From the human T2T-CHM13v2.0 reference genome, Homo sapiens, in the NCBI RefSeq assembly GCF_009914755.1, contig NC_060937.1: DNA of 64,000 nucleotides. The stretch is one strand, 5' to 3'. The notes below the pieces were generated by a model. That model did not search any database and was not told where the DNA came from. It saw nothing but the letters and a program-made list of their open reading frames with translations. A program made the position numbers and the translations under genes. Positions 42,100 to 55,730 of this stretch are shown here, piece by piece; positions within the stretch are counted from its first letter, which is position 1, and each line of letters opens with the position of its first letter.

Positions 42100-44920
42100 G
42101 TCTCCCACGTGCTCCTGTATATCCTTCCAATGTAACTACTATAACTTTTAAAAATCATTTCTTGTTTTATAAAAGTTTTAAAAATGCATATGTTTCCTGA
42201 AGTACTATACTGCTTTTTTTTCAAGTTTATATAACGGTATCACAATCCGTGTAGTCATTTCAGATATGCTGGTATCATTCAACAAAGGTTTCTAACATTT
42301 GTCCCTGTGCTACATTCGTTTGTGTATCTGTTTTTCTGTTGATGGATACTAGAGATATTTGTAGCATTGCTAGTACTTGCCGTTTACAATCATGCTTGAG
42401 CATGCATCACCGTGTAATGGGCTTGCACATTCTCGGGGTGTGCACATGTTCAGGTGTACAAGGTAACGTCAAATTGCTTTGCAAAGTTTTAACACACCCA
42501 CCAGCAGTGTTGGAACACTTTCTGTTGCTCCATATTCTCTCCAAAACTTCATGGTGAAAGACGTTTTTATTTTGCCTATCTAGTGAATATAAAATAGAAT
42601 GTCATTGTGATCTTGCTTTGCATTTCCCTAATTACTAGCTGAGTTGAATGCTGTAAAATGTGTTTTTAGAGCATTTTAATATCCCACTATGTGAAAGACC
42701 TATTCATGTCTTCTGTTCATTTTTCTACACAATCATTTGTCTTTTTTCTTTTGACGTTTAGGATTTCTGGACACATTCTAGATACCTTGTCAGTTACATA
42801 TGTTGTAAATATTTTCCCCTAGTTTGGAGCTTGTCTTCCACTCTTTATATTTCTTGATGATAAAAGTTTATATTTTAATGTGATGAAATGTATCTATTAA
42901 TTCTTTTATGGTTTGTTTGTGTCTTTTAAAAATTCTTTCCAAATTCTTAAGATATAAAGATATTTCCCCTATATTTTTAAAAGCTTTAAAATTGCCTTTC
43001 ATATTTAACACATACAGAATTTCTTTTTTGTGAATGGTGTGAGGTAGGGTTCAAATATTGTTTCCCCCACATATCGCTGAACAGTTGTCCTAGAGCATGT
43101 TTTTGAAGAGGATCTCTTTTCCCAGAGATTTGTGTTGCCAGCCACATCATAAACCAACTGTCTGGCCTCTCTGTTCAAGTTCATTGGTGTTTTTATCTAT
43201 CCTTGTAATAATACAACAATGTTTTAATTGCTGTGGCATTAAATTGTTATTATAAGGCAAGTTCTCACAAACTATTAATCTTTTTCAGTAGTATTTGCCT
43301 TGTTGCCTTTTTATATACATTTTAGAATTATTTGGGCAAGATTTTTCAAAACAAAACAACCCTCATGAAATTGGAATCTTTTATTACATTTGGAAAGAAT
43401 TATACCTTTTAGGATAGTGAACCTTCCTACCCCTGAACATGGTACATCTCTTCACATAGTTATGACTTCTTTGATGTTATTCAGTAAAGTTGTAAAATTA
43501 TATCCACAATGATCTACATCTTTTATTAAATTTTTAGATACTGTATATTTCTGTTGTTATTTTAAATGTTATCTATTTGTTAACTATACTTTCTTTATTG
43601 TTATTGGTGTAAAATGTAAATGTTTGATCTTATTTTTAGCCAAATTGCTAAACTCTCTTATTAATTCTAATAATATCTCTGTTAATTATTTTGGGTTTTC
43701 TTTATAGATAATTATATCTTCTGTAGAAAATGACTCTTTGGTTGTTTTTTCTGTTCCAGTGTTTGTATTTTTAAATTTATTGTCTGCATGTAACTGCACA
43801 AGCAAGGACCTCTAATGCAACTCCAATAGAAGCAGATAGTGGACATACTTGTCTTGCCTCTGACTTTAAAGTGATTAACCTTACTTTTAGGGATTACATT
43901 GTACTGTTAGAATTTTTTTTTTTTAAGACTGAGTCTCGCTCTGTTGCCCATGCTGGAGTGCAGTGGCATGATCTTGCCTCACTGCAACCTGCGCCTCCTG
44001 GGTTCAAGCGATTCTCCTGCCTCAGCCTCTCGATTACTGGGATTACAGGCGCCCACTACCACGCCCAGCTAATTTTTGTATTTTTAGTAGAGACAGGGTT
44101 TCACCATGTTGGCCAGGCTGATCTCGAACTCCTGACCTCAAGTGATCCACCTGCTTCGGCCTCCCAAAGTGCTGGGATTACAGGCGTGAGCCACTGCACC
44201 CGGCAAAAATGTTTTTTTGATCCAAGTTTTTGGAGCATTCCTTTACTGAACTCAAAACATCCCCTTTTTATTTCTACCTTTCTAGTGATATGTATCATGA
44301 GTAAATTAATTTTATTATTGGCCTTTCTTCATCAATCGAGAAGATTTATTATTTTTTCTCCTCTAATCTATTAACATGGTGAATTGTATTTAAAGATATC
44401 TTCTACCAAATCCATTTTGTAATTATGGCATAAATTAGGTTTGATCATACATAATGCTATTGTGGTCATATCTCTTTCAAACATTACAGATTATATTTAC
44501 TGATATTTTGTTTAGGATATTCAGTGCCCTTGGAAGAGCTCACACGCTAATTATCCTTTCTTACACGGACTTGTATACTTGAGTACCAAGGGTATAACTA
44601 CATGAATGAATACGGGTGACATCCCTCTTTTTCTATCCCACTTTTGTTTACCTGAAAATGTCTTTATTTAAAAGAAAAGTTGATGAGAGAACAGTTCAGT
44701 GGGTCTATAGCTCTAGGTTGAGAGTTTTTAATTCTCAGCACATTGAAGATATTATTCTATATTCTTCTGGCTTCCAGTGTTTCAAAGAAACTTGGTGACT
44801 CTCAGTCTAATTGTTTTACCTTGTAGAAGATCTGTGCATTCTTTTTCTTTTTGATATCTTCTCCTTTCTTTGAGATTGTTTAATTTCAATAAAGTAGTCT
44901 AAGTATGGATTTCTTTACAT
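42100..44920 (-). mobile_element. Old L1ME-type segment(s), interrupted by AluS
   Basis: T-rich reverse L1 motifs (ccaccagcagtgt, ttgcatttccctaattac, ggtgtgaggtaggg, aggacctctaat). Confidence 0.7.
43913..44204 (-). mobile_element. AluSx/Sz
   Basis: Full reverse Alu (ctcctgacctcaagtgatccacc...ggcgtgagccactgcacccggc). Confidence 0.94.
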
Positions 44921-45422
44921 TTATAGTTCTCTTTATATAATATCAATATTACATATTACATTATAGGTGTAACGTACATATATATCATATATAATAATAA
45001 CAGGCAATCTCCATGTCTAAATCTGTAATTTGTTTTTCCTGATCATTTTATCTTATGTTGGTATATTTCCTTCTTACTTTCTTAATTTTTTTTTAAATTA
45101 CACTAATGTTAGGACTGTGAGATGCACAGATCTTAAGTATATAATTTGTCAATCTTTGATAAAGTTACGTATCTGTGAACTGACCTCCAACTTAATATAT
45201 ACATTTTCTTCACCCCAGAAAGTTTTTTTTTGTACTCATTTCTGGTCAATTTCCCCACCTGTAGATAAGCCATTGTCTTGATTTTGATCGCCATAAATTA
45301 GTTTTATCTATTCATGAATATAATCTAAATCAAATTAGATTGTCTACACACTTTTGTGTTTGCCTTGTTTTTTCATAAATATGTCTTCTGAGACTCATTC
45401 ATGCAGCTGCATGTATCAGTAG

Positions 45423-45749
<327 letters not shown>

Positions 45750-46949
45750 AATAGTTCAGTTTTTTATGCTGCTGAGGAGTATTGCTTTGTATGAATGTAA
45801 GCCAGCTTTTAAAAATCCATTTTCCTACTAATAGACTTTTGGGTTTTTACCATTTCTTTGCTATTATGAATAAAGCTGCTCTGAACATTGATGTATGTAA
45901 TTTTTGACATATATTTTCATTTCCCATTGGCTAATACCTAGGAGTGGAACTGCAGTGTCATACAGTAGGTGAGTATTCAACTTGATAAGAAATCACCAGT
46001 TTTCTTAAGTAGTTGTACCAGTTCACACTCCCAACTGTGTGCGTACCATTTGCTTCACATTCTTGCCACCCTGGGGGTTATTAGTCTTTAGTTGTAGCCA
46101 TTGTAGTAAGTGTGAAATGTTAACTCACTTTAGTTTTAGCTTACACTTCCCTGTTTTTGAGTGATGTTGAACACATTTTTATTCTTATTAGCCATGTGTA
46201 TATATCTTCTCTTCTTGGCCGATTGAGTATCTTCTTCTGTGACGTGTCTGTTCAAATCTTTCCCCCATTATTAATTGGGAAAACAATATTAATTGTTTTC
46301 TTTTTTGTTAAGGATTTAGAAAAGTTGTTTATATATTCTGCATACAAATCCTTTGTCAAATATATGAATTGTGAATATTTTCTCCCAATCTGTGGCTTGC
46401 ATTTTCATCTTCTTAAGGCTTCATTTTGGTGAGCAGAAAATTTTAATTTAGATGAAATTGAACTTATTTTCTTTTATACTTAGTGTCTCTTGAATATGAT
46501 CTAAGAAATTTTTGCATAATTAGGGTTGTGGGAATATTCTCCTACACTTTCTTCTAGATACAGTACAGTTTTAGTTTGATGTATCCCTTATGCATGTTAG
46601 AATCAGCTTGTTAATTTCTACCAAAAAAACCTTGCTGGTATTTTGATTGGGATTTTATTTAATCTGTGGATCAATTTGAACATACTGGATCTTAACAAAA
46701 GAAAGTCTTTCAATGCATAAGCATAGTGTATAATATTTAAAATTTGTCCCAGTATAGTTGTATTTTTTTATTATGGAAGGTTTCCATACATTTGGTTAAG
46801 TTTATTGCTAAACATTTTATTTTGTTTAATGTTATTGTGAAATAGTTGTAAATTTCATTTTGCACTTGCTTGCTGCATATCTATCTATCTGTCAATCCAA
46901 CTGAAATTTGCAAATTGTCCTATCTACTGAGACATTGCTAAGTGTACAT

Positions 46950-47460
46950 TGTATTCGTTTTCTATGCTGCATAAAAAATCACTGCAATTCAGTGGCTTAA
47001 AACAATACACATTTCTTTTCTTACAGTTTATATGGGTTGGAGTCCATGCAAAGGTTAGCTAGGGCTTCTGCTTAGTGTCTCCCAAGGTGACAAGGTCTTG
47101 ACTGGAACTGTGCTCTCATCTAGAGGCATACCTAGGGAAGGATCTGCTCCTCTGTTTTCAGGGTTGATGGTGGCATTCCTTTCTTTTTGGCTATAGAATT
47201 CATATAATCTTGCTTCTTTAAATCCAGCAATGAAAAGAAACACTCCACAGTGAGTCTATACAACATAATGTAATCACGGAAATGGCACCCTTCACCAGTC
47301 ATATAATGTAATGTAATCAAGGGTGGCATCCCAAATATTTGACATATTCTATTAGCTAGAGGCAAGCCAGTGAGTTGGCCCATAGCAATAGTGAATTACA
47401 TAAGGATGTGAACACCAGGAGGTACAAATCATAAGTGCCACTCAAAGTCTGTCTACCACA
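46950..47460 (-). mobile_element. MLT1E/D-like MaLR solo LTR
   Basis: tgtattcgttttctatgctgcata...agtggcttaaaacaatacacattt start; gtgaacaccaggagg...gtctgtctaccaca end. Confidence 0.85.
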
Positions 47461-50400
47461 CATATATTATTTCTAGTAGAGGTCTGTAGATCACTTTGGC
47501 AGGTTGTCTGAAAATACAGATGATTTTACTTCTCCCTTTTCAATATCTGAGGTTTTTTTTAAATATACTTTTACTTACATTGTTGTATTGGCTTGTACCT
47601 CTAGTAAAATATTGAATAAAATTGCTATGATTTGTCTCGATCTTAGGGTAAAAGATTTCAATATTCTATCACCAAATATGCTGGTAACGGTAAGGTTTTT
47701 GTAGATACGCATTATCTGATTGATGTTTCTTTCTATTGTAAGTTCGCTGAGAGTTTTTAAATGATGACAGAGTATTCAATTTTGTCATTTTTTCTTGCAT
47801 TTATTGAGATGCTCATGTAATTTTTCTCCTTTTTTTAATGAATATAGTGAATTACATTGATTGATTTTCAACTATTAAACCAATCTTCCATTGCCTGGAC
47901 AAACCACATTTCTTCATGATGCATTATCTTTTTTACACATTATGAATTTAGTGTGCAAATATTTTGTGTGCATTGAGGTTCTTGAAAAATATTAATTTGA
48001 ATTTTTCTTTTTTGAAATGTCTGTAAGATTTTGGTCATAAAGCTATGCTGGTCTCATATGTAGAGGTGTACATATTTTCTCTATTTTCTAAACATATAAA
48101 TTGGCGTTTCTGCCTTAAATTATAGAATGACCAGTTAATCTACCTGAGACAGAAGTTTTCTTTATGGAGATGTTTTTTATTATGAATTTAATTCCTTTAA
48201 TATATGTATATTTTAGCTATTCATTTTTTTCTATTTTTCTTGTGCCAATTTTGAAAAGGTGGATTTTTAAGAAGGTTGTCTATTTCATCTAAGTTGTCAA
48301 TTATTTTGCAATAAAGTTGTTCCTTTTAAAATCTTCTCCATACTGAATCTATTTATTTATTTAGTCTATCATTTATAATTTGTGCTTTCTCTCTTTTTCC
48401 ATGATTGATGCTGCTAGAGGTTTATGATTTTTTAACAAACGTATTTCAAAGAACCAAATTTTAGCTTACTTAATTCCATCTGTTGATCTTGTTTCTATTT
48501 TGCTGAGTTCTGGCCTTTATTATTTTTTCCTTCTTCTTTCAGCTTATTTTGTTTTTCTTTTTCTATTCACTTTAGGTGGAAACATATCATTGTTATTAAA
48601 TATTAGTATACATTTCCCTCTAAAAACTTTTAGCTTTATCCCACAAATTTTGATGTTTTTATTATTATTCAGTTAGAAATATTATCTAACTTTCTTTGTA
48701 TTTTTCTTGACTCATGAATTATTGAGATCAGCAAAGTTTAATTTCCAGATACTTGGGGATTTTTGAGATGTCTTATTGTCATTGACTTCTAATTCCTCTG
48801 TGGTGACAGCTATTCTATAAAATTTCCATTTTTCTTAATTTATTGAGACTTATGATACAACATATCAATCTTGGTGAACTTTTCATTTTGCATTTGAAAC
48901 AAATGTGCATTCCAACTGCTGTTGTTGGATGTAGCATTCTATAAATATCATTTTGTTTTGCCCTTTTTCTCTCTAGTTGTTTAATCAATTACTGAGAAAA
49001 ATATGTTACAATTTTCTATTATCCTGAATTTCTCTATTTTTCCCTTTAGATTTCTCAGTTCTTGCTTATATTTTGAATCTATATTATCAGATTTCACACA
49101 TTTTTATTGTTATGTATTCCTAAAGAATCAACCTTTTTATTATAACATGACTCTATTTCTTGTCTTGGAGTTTACTTTGTCTTACATTGATATATTACTA
49201 CCTTTCTTATATTTACGTTTTACATGGTAAATCACTTTCCCTCTTTTTAATCCATCTGCGACTTATACTTATTAAATTTTGTCTCTCATATAAGCTAACA
49301 TATAGTTGGGCCCTACATTTTTACCCAGTTGGAAAATTGCTGCCTTTTAATTGTAGTGTTTAGTCCATTTATTTTTAACATAATTATTATTTTATCAGGT
49401 TTTAGTCCACCATTTTGTAGTTGATTCATCCCATCAGTTTTCTGTTTCTCCTTTCTTGCTTTCTTTTGGATTAAAAGAACATTTTTAAAATTTTAGTTTT
49501 ATCTAATGGCTTTTTATGTATACCTTTTGTGTGTTTTATGTATATATTATGTTTACACTAGGGATTATAATATGTACAATAAACTTATTATGATCTACTT
49601 AGAGTCAGTTTCACTACTTCATATAAAACATGAGAATGTACCACAACACAATTCATACCCCTATTCTTTGTGTTATTGTTGTGATATATTTTAAATCTAC
49701 ATATGTTGTTAACCACAATATAATGCTATAATTTATAAATTATAAGTATATAATTTTTAACTGTAAGTGGCTTTTTAAAGAAATGAACTGTTTGGTAATT
49801 TGTGGTTGTTAGCTCATATTTGATTGAATTTAATGTTTGAGAATTCTTAGAGTGCAAATTTGTAACACTTTCCTTCAGAGAAGATCTGAATGCATTTCTA
49901 AGAGCTACTGAGTGTTACCAACCATGGATGTGAAGGGTCTATCCTAATAATTGATTCTTAGCTTCAATTACTCCTTATTCCATAATATAATCTCCTGATT
50001 TCAGTTCTATTATTAGAGCCCCAAGCAACTCCAGCTTTAGTGTTTGCCTTCAGCCCACCTTTCAGTACTTAGGACATGTTTTTTTTTGCTGTTGTTGTTT
50101 ATCATTTAAAGATTCACCTTGTTTTCTTAAAAATTCAACAATGGTTGTATGACATATCTGCAATCCAATTGTAATGTAATGGGAGCCTTCAGATTATTTA
50201 GTCTATTGTATATCTAGAAGGAAAATTCTCTATCTTCTTTAAACTCTTTAAATTTTTTTGTTTTATATTGCACTACCATGGGAACATTTTTAAATTATAA
50301 GGATCTAAAGTTAGAAATAAAAGACTCCCTTCCTCAATCTTCAGATACAAGCATGTATAGAATTTTTATCTTCTTTTGATTATAATTATGATTTTTATTT

Positions 50401-51208
50401 ATATACCTTTACTTACAGTTCTTGATTTATTGACTTCATATGGAATTATTGACTCCCTGCTATGAGAGTTGAGAAACTTACCACTCATATTTTTGCTCCA
50501 TTTTACTTCTGCCTACCAACTTAGGCACATGATTGTGCATTGTCCAACCTTATAACATTTACGTTGTTCTGTAAAAAACAAAAATGCTTTGTATAAAGGT
50601 AATTTTTAAAATTTAAATATTATTTTAAAATCTGCATTTACAGTATTAGCGAATGTAGGTGTTAGGCTTACATAGCAAATTTTATTCACTGTAGTACCAA
50701 GAAGTATTTGAACTGATAGTGAAAATAGATAATATAATCATATATCTTTACATCATTAAATCATGTATCACATATCAATAAATTGCTAGAAGGAGAATCA
50801 TCCAAACATCTCAGACTAATGGATATTCTGTTTTTATTTTATAAGTTTAAATTCCATATTGTTCAATTATTTTATTTTTTGCATTTCTTATCAAGAGGTT
50901 TTTTCTGCTTTTTTTATTAGCATAGGAAGCATTGGTAGTAAAATTAGCGAGTTTTTGTGCTTCTAAAAGGGTGTATTTTCTTTGTACCCACATTCCATTT
51001 ATAGATTGGACGGGCAGATAATTTTATATTAAAATTTATTTTTTCTGTGCTCTTGGAAACCATGACTATGTTATCTTTCAGCATCCAATGCTCTTGCTAA
51101 AAAGACTAATGTTAATCTTCTCATCTTTCTTTCTAAGCCACCTAGTTCCGTCTCTGGAAACTTTTAGCATTTTCTCTGTATATATGACGTGTTGAATTTT
51201 TTTTCACT

Positions 51209-51282
51209 TTTTTTTTTTTTGAGACAGTTCCTCACTGTGTTGCCCAGGCTGGAGTGTACTGACACAATCTCGGCTCACTGCA
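51209..51282 (-). mobile_element. Alu 3'-end fragment (~60 bp plus tail) fused to unidentified sequence
   Basis: T-tail then gagacag...gcccaggctggagtgta...atctcggctcactgca; Alu similarity stops abruptly. Confidence 0.85.
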
Positions 51283-52243
51283 GGCTGGAGCTCCCTGTGA
51301 AGTGCTGGCAATTTTTTTATCAAGGAGCATAGTTGGGGTCCAATGGTCCAGCTGTTTCATCAGCAGTTATATAATTAACTATCGTGATGATTTTCCCTCC
51401 AGTCCACTCCTATTCCTCTTTTTTGATTTGTAATTTTATAATTTCATTGGGTTTTGGTGGCTCCTTTCGGTGAGACAGTTCTTATCTTCGTTGTTGGGTT
51501 ACGTATCTCCTACCTTTGATTTTTTTCATTAATATTATTCCATATTTTTTCAAGTAAGTAAATATATAAACATCTAGGCATCTACCACCCAGAATGAGCA
51601 ACTGTTTTAATTTATTTCAGGTGATTACTTTTTTTAATAAAATAGATGAAGTTGAAGCCTGGTGTGTGCCCTTCCCAATCTAATCTTCCTCCTCTCCAGA
51701 GGCCGTCATCACTCATGTAAATTAGGTTTACATCCATCTAGTTCATATCTTCACAATTTTATTTCATACATTCCCATAAACAATATGTAGTATTGTTTTG
51801 AGAATATTCATTTACATAAGTATTATATTGTGAATGGAACACACATAATTTTTCAAATTGCTTGTTTTTACGCAGTTCCATCTATTGACACACACACATA
51901 CACATATTTACTGCATTCATTTTAGGCCATTTTATTCTGACCTTGAGAGGAAAAAGATGTACAGTGTTTGCACAGTGCTCTGTTTTGCACTCTGAGCCTA
52001 ATAAATAATAAATTTAAAAAATAAGAATTGTTTAAACATGAAATGAATGAGTATAATATTATGGTATATACACACATTGTTATATAGACACATATATACA
52101 CACAGCTATATATTTACTACATTTAAGTTATTTTTATGTTTTTATATATATATATACACATATACGTATATGTGTAAACTAATGAGATTAGAACTTACAT
52201 TGCTTGCAATTAAAATCTGTAAATATTTAGATACCTACCATCA

Positions 52244-52665
<422 letters not shown>

Positions 52666-53430
52666 TCAGTTGTACTAATCTCTCTCGTGGGTTGGTTCTG
52701 TGTAGGCTCCAGCTGGAGTCTTATTCTCTGATCTTCAGGTGTCCTTGCCACACTGTGAATAAAATTAACAAACGGTTGTTCATTGGCTCAAGGGCTCTTA
52801 TCAAGACTGCTTCTTTATGGGAGAATAAGGTATATTTATTTGATGTTCAGCCTATTCTTTAACCACTCAAGTCACTGACTTTAGATAATTAGCAGTTACT
52901 AAATTTATCTTGAGGCTGACAGGTCTTCCCTACATGTCCTTATCTCGTCCACTGACCTTTCTCTCCTTCATTGGTCTCCTCTCCTCTTTCTGTTCTTTTA
53001 GTCTGTCTTCTCTCCATTTTTATTCCTTAAATTTCAGGAGCAATACAATAACATGAAAAAGAGAGACTAGAATCAAGTTTCCATCCCAATATGGTCCTTG
53101 TTCAAAAGGTGATTTAGTTCTTCTTGAGAAACATGATTCACATATATGAGATGATGTGGCATGTTTCTTGTTTAGATTCTTTGGAGATAAAATCTGAGTC
53201 AGGAAGAGGGTGTGAGGAAGCAACTCTGAGAAAGAAAAATGTGGACTACTAAAAAGTTTTCAGGCCAGTTAATTTTACAAAGGTTTTTTAAACATCAGAC
53301 ATAAGTATATATATGAATATTTAATAGAAATATGTTTAATAGAAAAATTTATATATTTAATATATTTCTATGTAATATAAATAATAAATGTATTAGTATA
53401 ATAGGTTTAATATGAATATATTTATATAAC

Positions 53431-53586
53431 TAGCAGGGAGTCATGGCACACACCTCTAATCCCAGCTACTCAGGAGGCTGAAGCACGAGAATCACTTGAA
53501 CCTGGGAGGCAGAGGTTGCAGGGAGCCAAGATGGTGCCACTGCACTCCAGCCTGGGCAACAGAGTAAGACTCTGTCTCAAAAAAAA
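53431..53586 (+). mobile_element. AluS right arm only (5'-truncated) in AT-rich tract
   Basis: taatcccagctactcaggaggctga...gagaatcacttgaacctgggaggcagaggttgcag...ctctgtctcaaaa. Confidence 0.9.
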
Positions 53587-53682
53587 TTATATAATATATA
53601 TTTGTGTAACTGATTTAATGAATTTTATGTATTTAATAATATACAAGATATACTTAATATAGTAAATTTATTTATTTATAAA

Positions 53683-53890
53683 ATGAGGCAGCATTACCTA
53701 ACTGCATCGAGTTCAAATCCTGGCTTCACTATTAGGAGCTCAATGGCTTGGAGAAGATTCTTAGCTCCTTTTGCTTTAGTTTCCTCATATATAAATTGTA
53801 ATGGTGCCTACCTCATAATGTTGCTGATTAAATGAGTTAATTTGTGTAAAGTGCTAAGAAGATTGCTGAATATATAATAAGTCCTATATG
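53683..53890 (+). mobile_element. MIR SINE
   Basis: gagttcaaatcctggcttcactattag...agtttcctcatatataaa...gattaaatgagttaat...gtaaagtgctaagaa. Confidence 0.8.
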
Positions 53891-55044
53891 AAACATCCTA
53901 ACTAGATAAAATAAAAAATAAGTACACAGGAAAAAAATTGGACAAGAATGTAAGATACAAATCATATTGCAACAATCTGTTTTTCAAGCATAATTACTCT
54001 TGGGTAAGTGTGAAGTTAGAAACTAAGCAGATTTTCAAAGGAAAATGTGGTGTGCAGAAAAATAGTAGAAATGAAAATACTACAATGGCTTTCTATTATA
54101 CCCACCAAATCACAGTCATTTGTAGCTTAATTTAAAATGGTTCATAGTGTTCTTAATTTAACGTTTACTCACATTCACGTCTTTAGATTCTAAGGATTTC
54201 TTTACATAGTCATGCTTCTCCTTTAAATAAAGCCTTTTCTATTGAGTACATGAACAATGCTAATTTTAGCTCCAATTGTTGTATTTCCAAAGAAGCTTTA
54301 AAAAGTGTTATGCTGGACTGTTTTCAAAGAACAATTCTGTAACAAGAAACTAGACTGTAGTTTGAAAGTGATTGGTCTTATTAACTAGAGAGGGAAGCAT
54401 GGTCTGATGGAAAAGGAAAAAAAGGGACAAGGTGATGATTATATCTTACACTTTCATCTTAGGCTTCCCAAAGCACCTGAAACCAAGCCTCATTATCATT
54501 TCTTTAAATAGATGAAGCAAGTGAGATAGTGAGTTAAGCGTGCTTCTCAAGGTCACACTGTAACTTGCTAACATAGCGATAAAAATCCAATATACTTGAT
54601 TAGTGTCGTTGCCCACTCATTCTCTCAGCATCGATTAGATACAGAAGGTAGATGGGCAGGATGGTCTTCGAAGTCTTTCCAGCCATGCCATCTTGCTCAG
54701 TGGCCCCTTTTTATTAATCATTGATTGTGCGGAGGAAACCTTTCCTTCACACTTTCTGTGCAGGCAGGATCCTTGCTTGCTGAGAGGTGAGAATGACATA
54801 TCTGTTCCCCGGCGATCTTTTTGTGCCACTTTGGCTCTTTCTCATATTTTCAACTCTCTGGGAAGAATTTAATTCCACAGGGGTGTTTTTGCTTTTTATG
54901 GGTCTTTGTTCTATTGATCACTTTCCCCTTGGAATGCCTGTTGCATTTGTGGTTGGTTTCAGAAGGCTTTGTGGATTTCATTAATTGTGAATGACTTTTG
55001 TCTTCTTAATTATCTTGAGTTTAATTCATTGGCCATGTCGTTAA

Positions 55045-55500
55045 GCCTAGTTACCCATTAGCCATGGAAGCCTATTGAAATTGAAATGGAAAGTAACTAG
55101 AATTTAAAATTCAGTTGCACTTGCCATATTTCTTTCTTTGTTTCTTTCTTTTTTTTTTTTTTTTTTTTTTTTGAGACGGAGTCTCGCTCTGTCGCCCACG
55201 CCGGACTGCGGACTGCAGTGGCGCAATCTCGGCTCACTGCAAGCTCCGCCTTCTGGGTTCACGCCATTCTCCTGCCTCAGCCTCCGGAGTAGCTGGGACT
55301 AAGGCAGCCGCCACCGCGCCTGGCTAATTTTTTGTATTTTTAGTAGTGACGGGGTTTCACCATGTTAGCCAGGATGGTCTCGATCTCCTGACCTCATGAT
55401 CCACCCACCTCGGCCTCCCAAAGTGCTGGGATTACAGGCGTGAGCCACCGCACCCGGCCACACTTGCCATATTTCAAGCACTCAGTAGCCACACATTGTC
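55045..55500. mobile_element. MER3-like hAT-Charlie MITE (split by the Yb-lineage Alu)
   Basis: cattagccat...ctattgaaattgaaatg...aactagaatttaa, resuming after the Alu with ccatatttcaagcactcagtagccacac. Confidence 0.65.
55133..55459 (-). mobile_element. AluYb-lineage element (Yb6-like, diverged)
   Basis: Carries the Yb 7-bp duplication (ggactgcggactgcagtgg on +) and 5 other Yb diagnostics; TSD cacttgccatatttc at 55118-55132 and 55461-55475. Confidence 0.95.
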
Positions 55501-55665
55501 TGTGTCACCTTTAGCCTCCTCTCCCTGGAGGGGAAGAATTGGATTAGATCAATGTAAGATTTCTCTGGAACTACCATTTTGTGATTTTTCCAGGGACTTT
55601 TCTTGGGTTTGGACTACTACCTTGAGTGCAGTTCTTGAAAGTTTCTGTGAACAGAGATGTATGCG

Positions 55666-55713
<48 letters not shown>

Positions 55714-55730
55714 CTGTCTCTGTCTCTCTC
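55666..55730. repeat. (CT)n microsatellite
   Basis: Long CT run with degenerate ends. Confidence 0.95.
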
